DNA of 64,000 nt from the sequence record AP025670.1; one strand, given 5' to 3'. The position numbers were made by a program, and so were the translations under genes. The stretch comes from a plasmid. The first letter of the stretch is position 1, and every line of letters begins with the position of its first letter. Below are positions 62,700-64,000 of the stretch, piece after piece. The notes beneath the pieces were generated by a model. The model saw only the letters and a list, made by a program, of their open reading frames with translations. It did not search any database and was not told the DNA's origin.

Positions 62700-63175
62700 G
62701 ATTGCTTTTTGATTGCTTTTTGATTGCTTGCCGCGTGTTGGATAGAGAATAAGGCTAAAAGCGGGGACAAATGGCCTGTGTAATTGCCCAAAAGGGGCAT
62801 TTAGGTTGCTTTTCGGTGGCTTTTTGATCGTTGAACAAGGAAACCTATGGGAACGCTGCACGGATAGGTTCACATAAACAGACCTTACCCCTACATCGAG
62901 AACCGCTTTCCCTCCAGCACCGAGAGACGGCGGTAAAGAGGCAACTGGAATCTTTGGTGCTATGTCCAATATATTTGGAATCTTTATCTATAGATTCACA
63001 TTGAAAGAGGAGGTGAAAGAATAAGGGCATCAAGATTCCAGATAGATAGAGGGAAATTTGACAAATTCCAAGGATGGGTTAGCCTAGAGACAGAACTAGA
63101 TTCCAGTAGTGGAATAATCAGCTTTAAATTCCAGATAGATAGTTATGTGGATAGGAATTGGATAGGAATTGGGAG
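62700..63175. repeat. direct-repeat arrays upstream of parM (candidate parC centromere and promoter)
   Basis: ttgctttttgattgctttttgattgctt at 62703-62731. attccagatagatag at 63036 and 63128. ggataggaattggataggaattgg at 63150. Confidence 0.45.
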
Positions 63176-63724
63176 GGTTTTGAGGTGAGTCTACCAACGG
63201 AGCGATGGCTAGATCTACTAGATCCGAAGCTCGAAGAAGAACGATCCGAGATAACAGAGGACCTGCTAGAGGCAGAGGGACGTGAGTTTGTTGCAGAGGT
63301 ACGGAGCAAACTGGATCACGCCTTAGCGGTTCTTGCTGTCGAGGCGCAGCAGGAAGCGGATATGTACTGGAACGCGCACAAATCGGCGCGTGAAGAAGCA
63401 TCAGAGGACGAACAAGGGCGTGTCGGTACACGGGTTCGCATTCTAGGCGTATCACTCGTTGCAGAGTGGTATCGCAACAGATTTGTCGAACAGGTTCCCG
63501 GACAAAAGAAAAGGGTTCTATCGACACATATCAAGAAGGGTCGGGGTCATGCCTATAGCATGTCGCACTTCAAGAAAGAGCCTGCCTGGGCACAAGAGTT
63601 GATCCAGCAAGTTGAAACCAGGTATGCCGTGTTACGACAACGCGCCACTGCCTTAGCAAAAATTCGCCGGGCGCTAAACGAGTACGAGCGCCAGCTAAAC
63701 AAGACACATAGCGACGAGGTGTGA
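63158..63724 (+). CDS. hypothetical protein
   Basis: 188-aa ORF, charged and helical, with no motif recognised. Confidence 0.3.
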   Translation: MDRNWEGFEVSLPTERWLDLLDPKLEEERSEITEDLLEAEGREFVAEVRSKLDHALAVLAVEAQQEADMYWNAHKSAREEASEDEQGRVGTRVRILGVSLVAEWYRNRFVEQVPGQKKRVLSTHIKKGRGHAYSMSHFKKEPAWAQELIQQVETRYAVLRQRATALAKIRRALNEYERQLNKTHSDEV

Positions 63725-64000
63725 CAACATGACAGCATCTGTAGCGGCCACTGAACTGGCGAAACTGGGGAAATGTGAAGCGATGATCAAGAAAGTCGCC
63801 AGCCATCCTCGCCCTGCCCTGTCAAAGCGCCCACAATCGCCACAGGGGACAGATAGCACTCTTCGGGGTGAGTTCGCCCATTTCCGGTATGAAGCGGCAG
63901 CCCTGCGCTTCATGAGCAGCACTGCGGGGGCTAAGCGTCGCATCTACCAGCTAGTGTTTTCAGCAACGGTAGCAGCGGGAGTTTTGACACTGCTGGCGGC

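Noticed and set aside
62622-63033. ORFs 62622..62969 and 62845..63033 upstream of parM
   Set aside because: They fall in the repeat-rich putative parC/promoter region. No coding features.

Overview
The window is a three-part mosaic from a multiresistance conjugative plasmid or ICE. No rRNA, tRNA or CRISPR array was recognised.

(1) 1-27950 is an AT-rich accessory segment (roughly one-third GC by eye). It carries a TP228-type ParF/ParG partition module flanked by TGTGTTAATGTGT iterons, a MazEF-like toxin-antitoxin pair, and a previously unlisted hok-like type I toxin gene. It also has a tyrosine recombinase, followed by a cluster of poorly characterised genes: a DUF4365-like PD-(D/E)xK nuclease, a protein with three internal HTH-plus-'AP-x-WW' repeats, and small membrane proteins. 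Further along are a signal peptidase I / lipoprotein / SGNH hydrolase operon and a membrane-anchored Mrr-like nuclease. Remnants of a mobilisation or conjugation module follow: a TrbC/VirB2-like pilin, a DsbA-like oxidoreductase, a MOBH relaxase with HHH and HD motifs, a coupling protein and a small SF1 helicase. A truncated ISEcp1 right end supplies its promoter to a blaCTX-M-2-group gene. The segment ends with a RecT-like protein and several unknown proteins.

(2) 27953-47432 is a GC-rich resistance region. In order it contains IS26, ISCR1 (orf513), a blaCMY-1/MOX-family AmpC gene, an Aeromonas-type yqgF-yqgE fragment with an internal imperfect tandem duplication, and the integron 3'-CS (qacEdelta1-sul1-orf5). 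These are followed by IS1326 (istAB), tniBdelta1-tniA-IRt, and urf2 with a broad-spectrum mer operon (merE, merD, merB, merA, merP, merT, merR; no merC). The Tn1696-type 38-bp IRmer is split by a 1327-bp IS5075/IS4321-like IS110-family element.

(3) 47433-64000 is an IncA/C-SXT/R391-like (MOBH/MPF-F) backbone. It encodes a Tus-like protein, KfrA, a paralogous SF1 helicase, traF-traH-traG, an eex-like membrane protein and a Ner-like regulator. Next come a lytic transglycosylase, FlhDC-like AcaD/AcaC activators, an H-NS-like protein, and a ParM/ParR-like type II partition module with repeat arrays. Two identical 16-18-bp palindromes sit upstream of traF and of the eex-like gene.

Many ORFs in the supplied track inside GC-rich known genes are spurious overlaps. 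The best candidate for an undescribed system is the integrase-adjacent cluster at 6322-8604, with the membrane-anchored Mrr cluster at 8685-12332 second.
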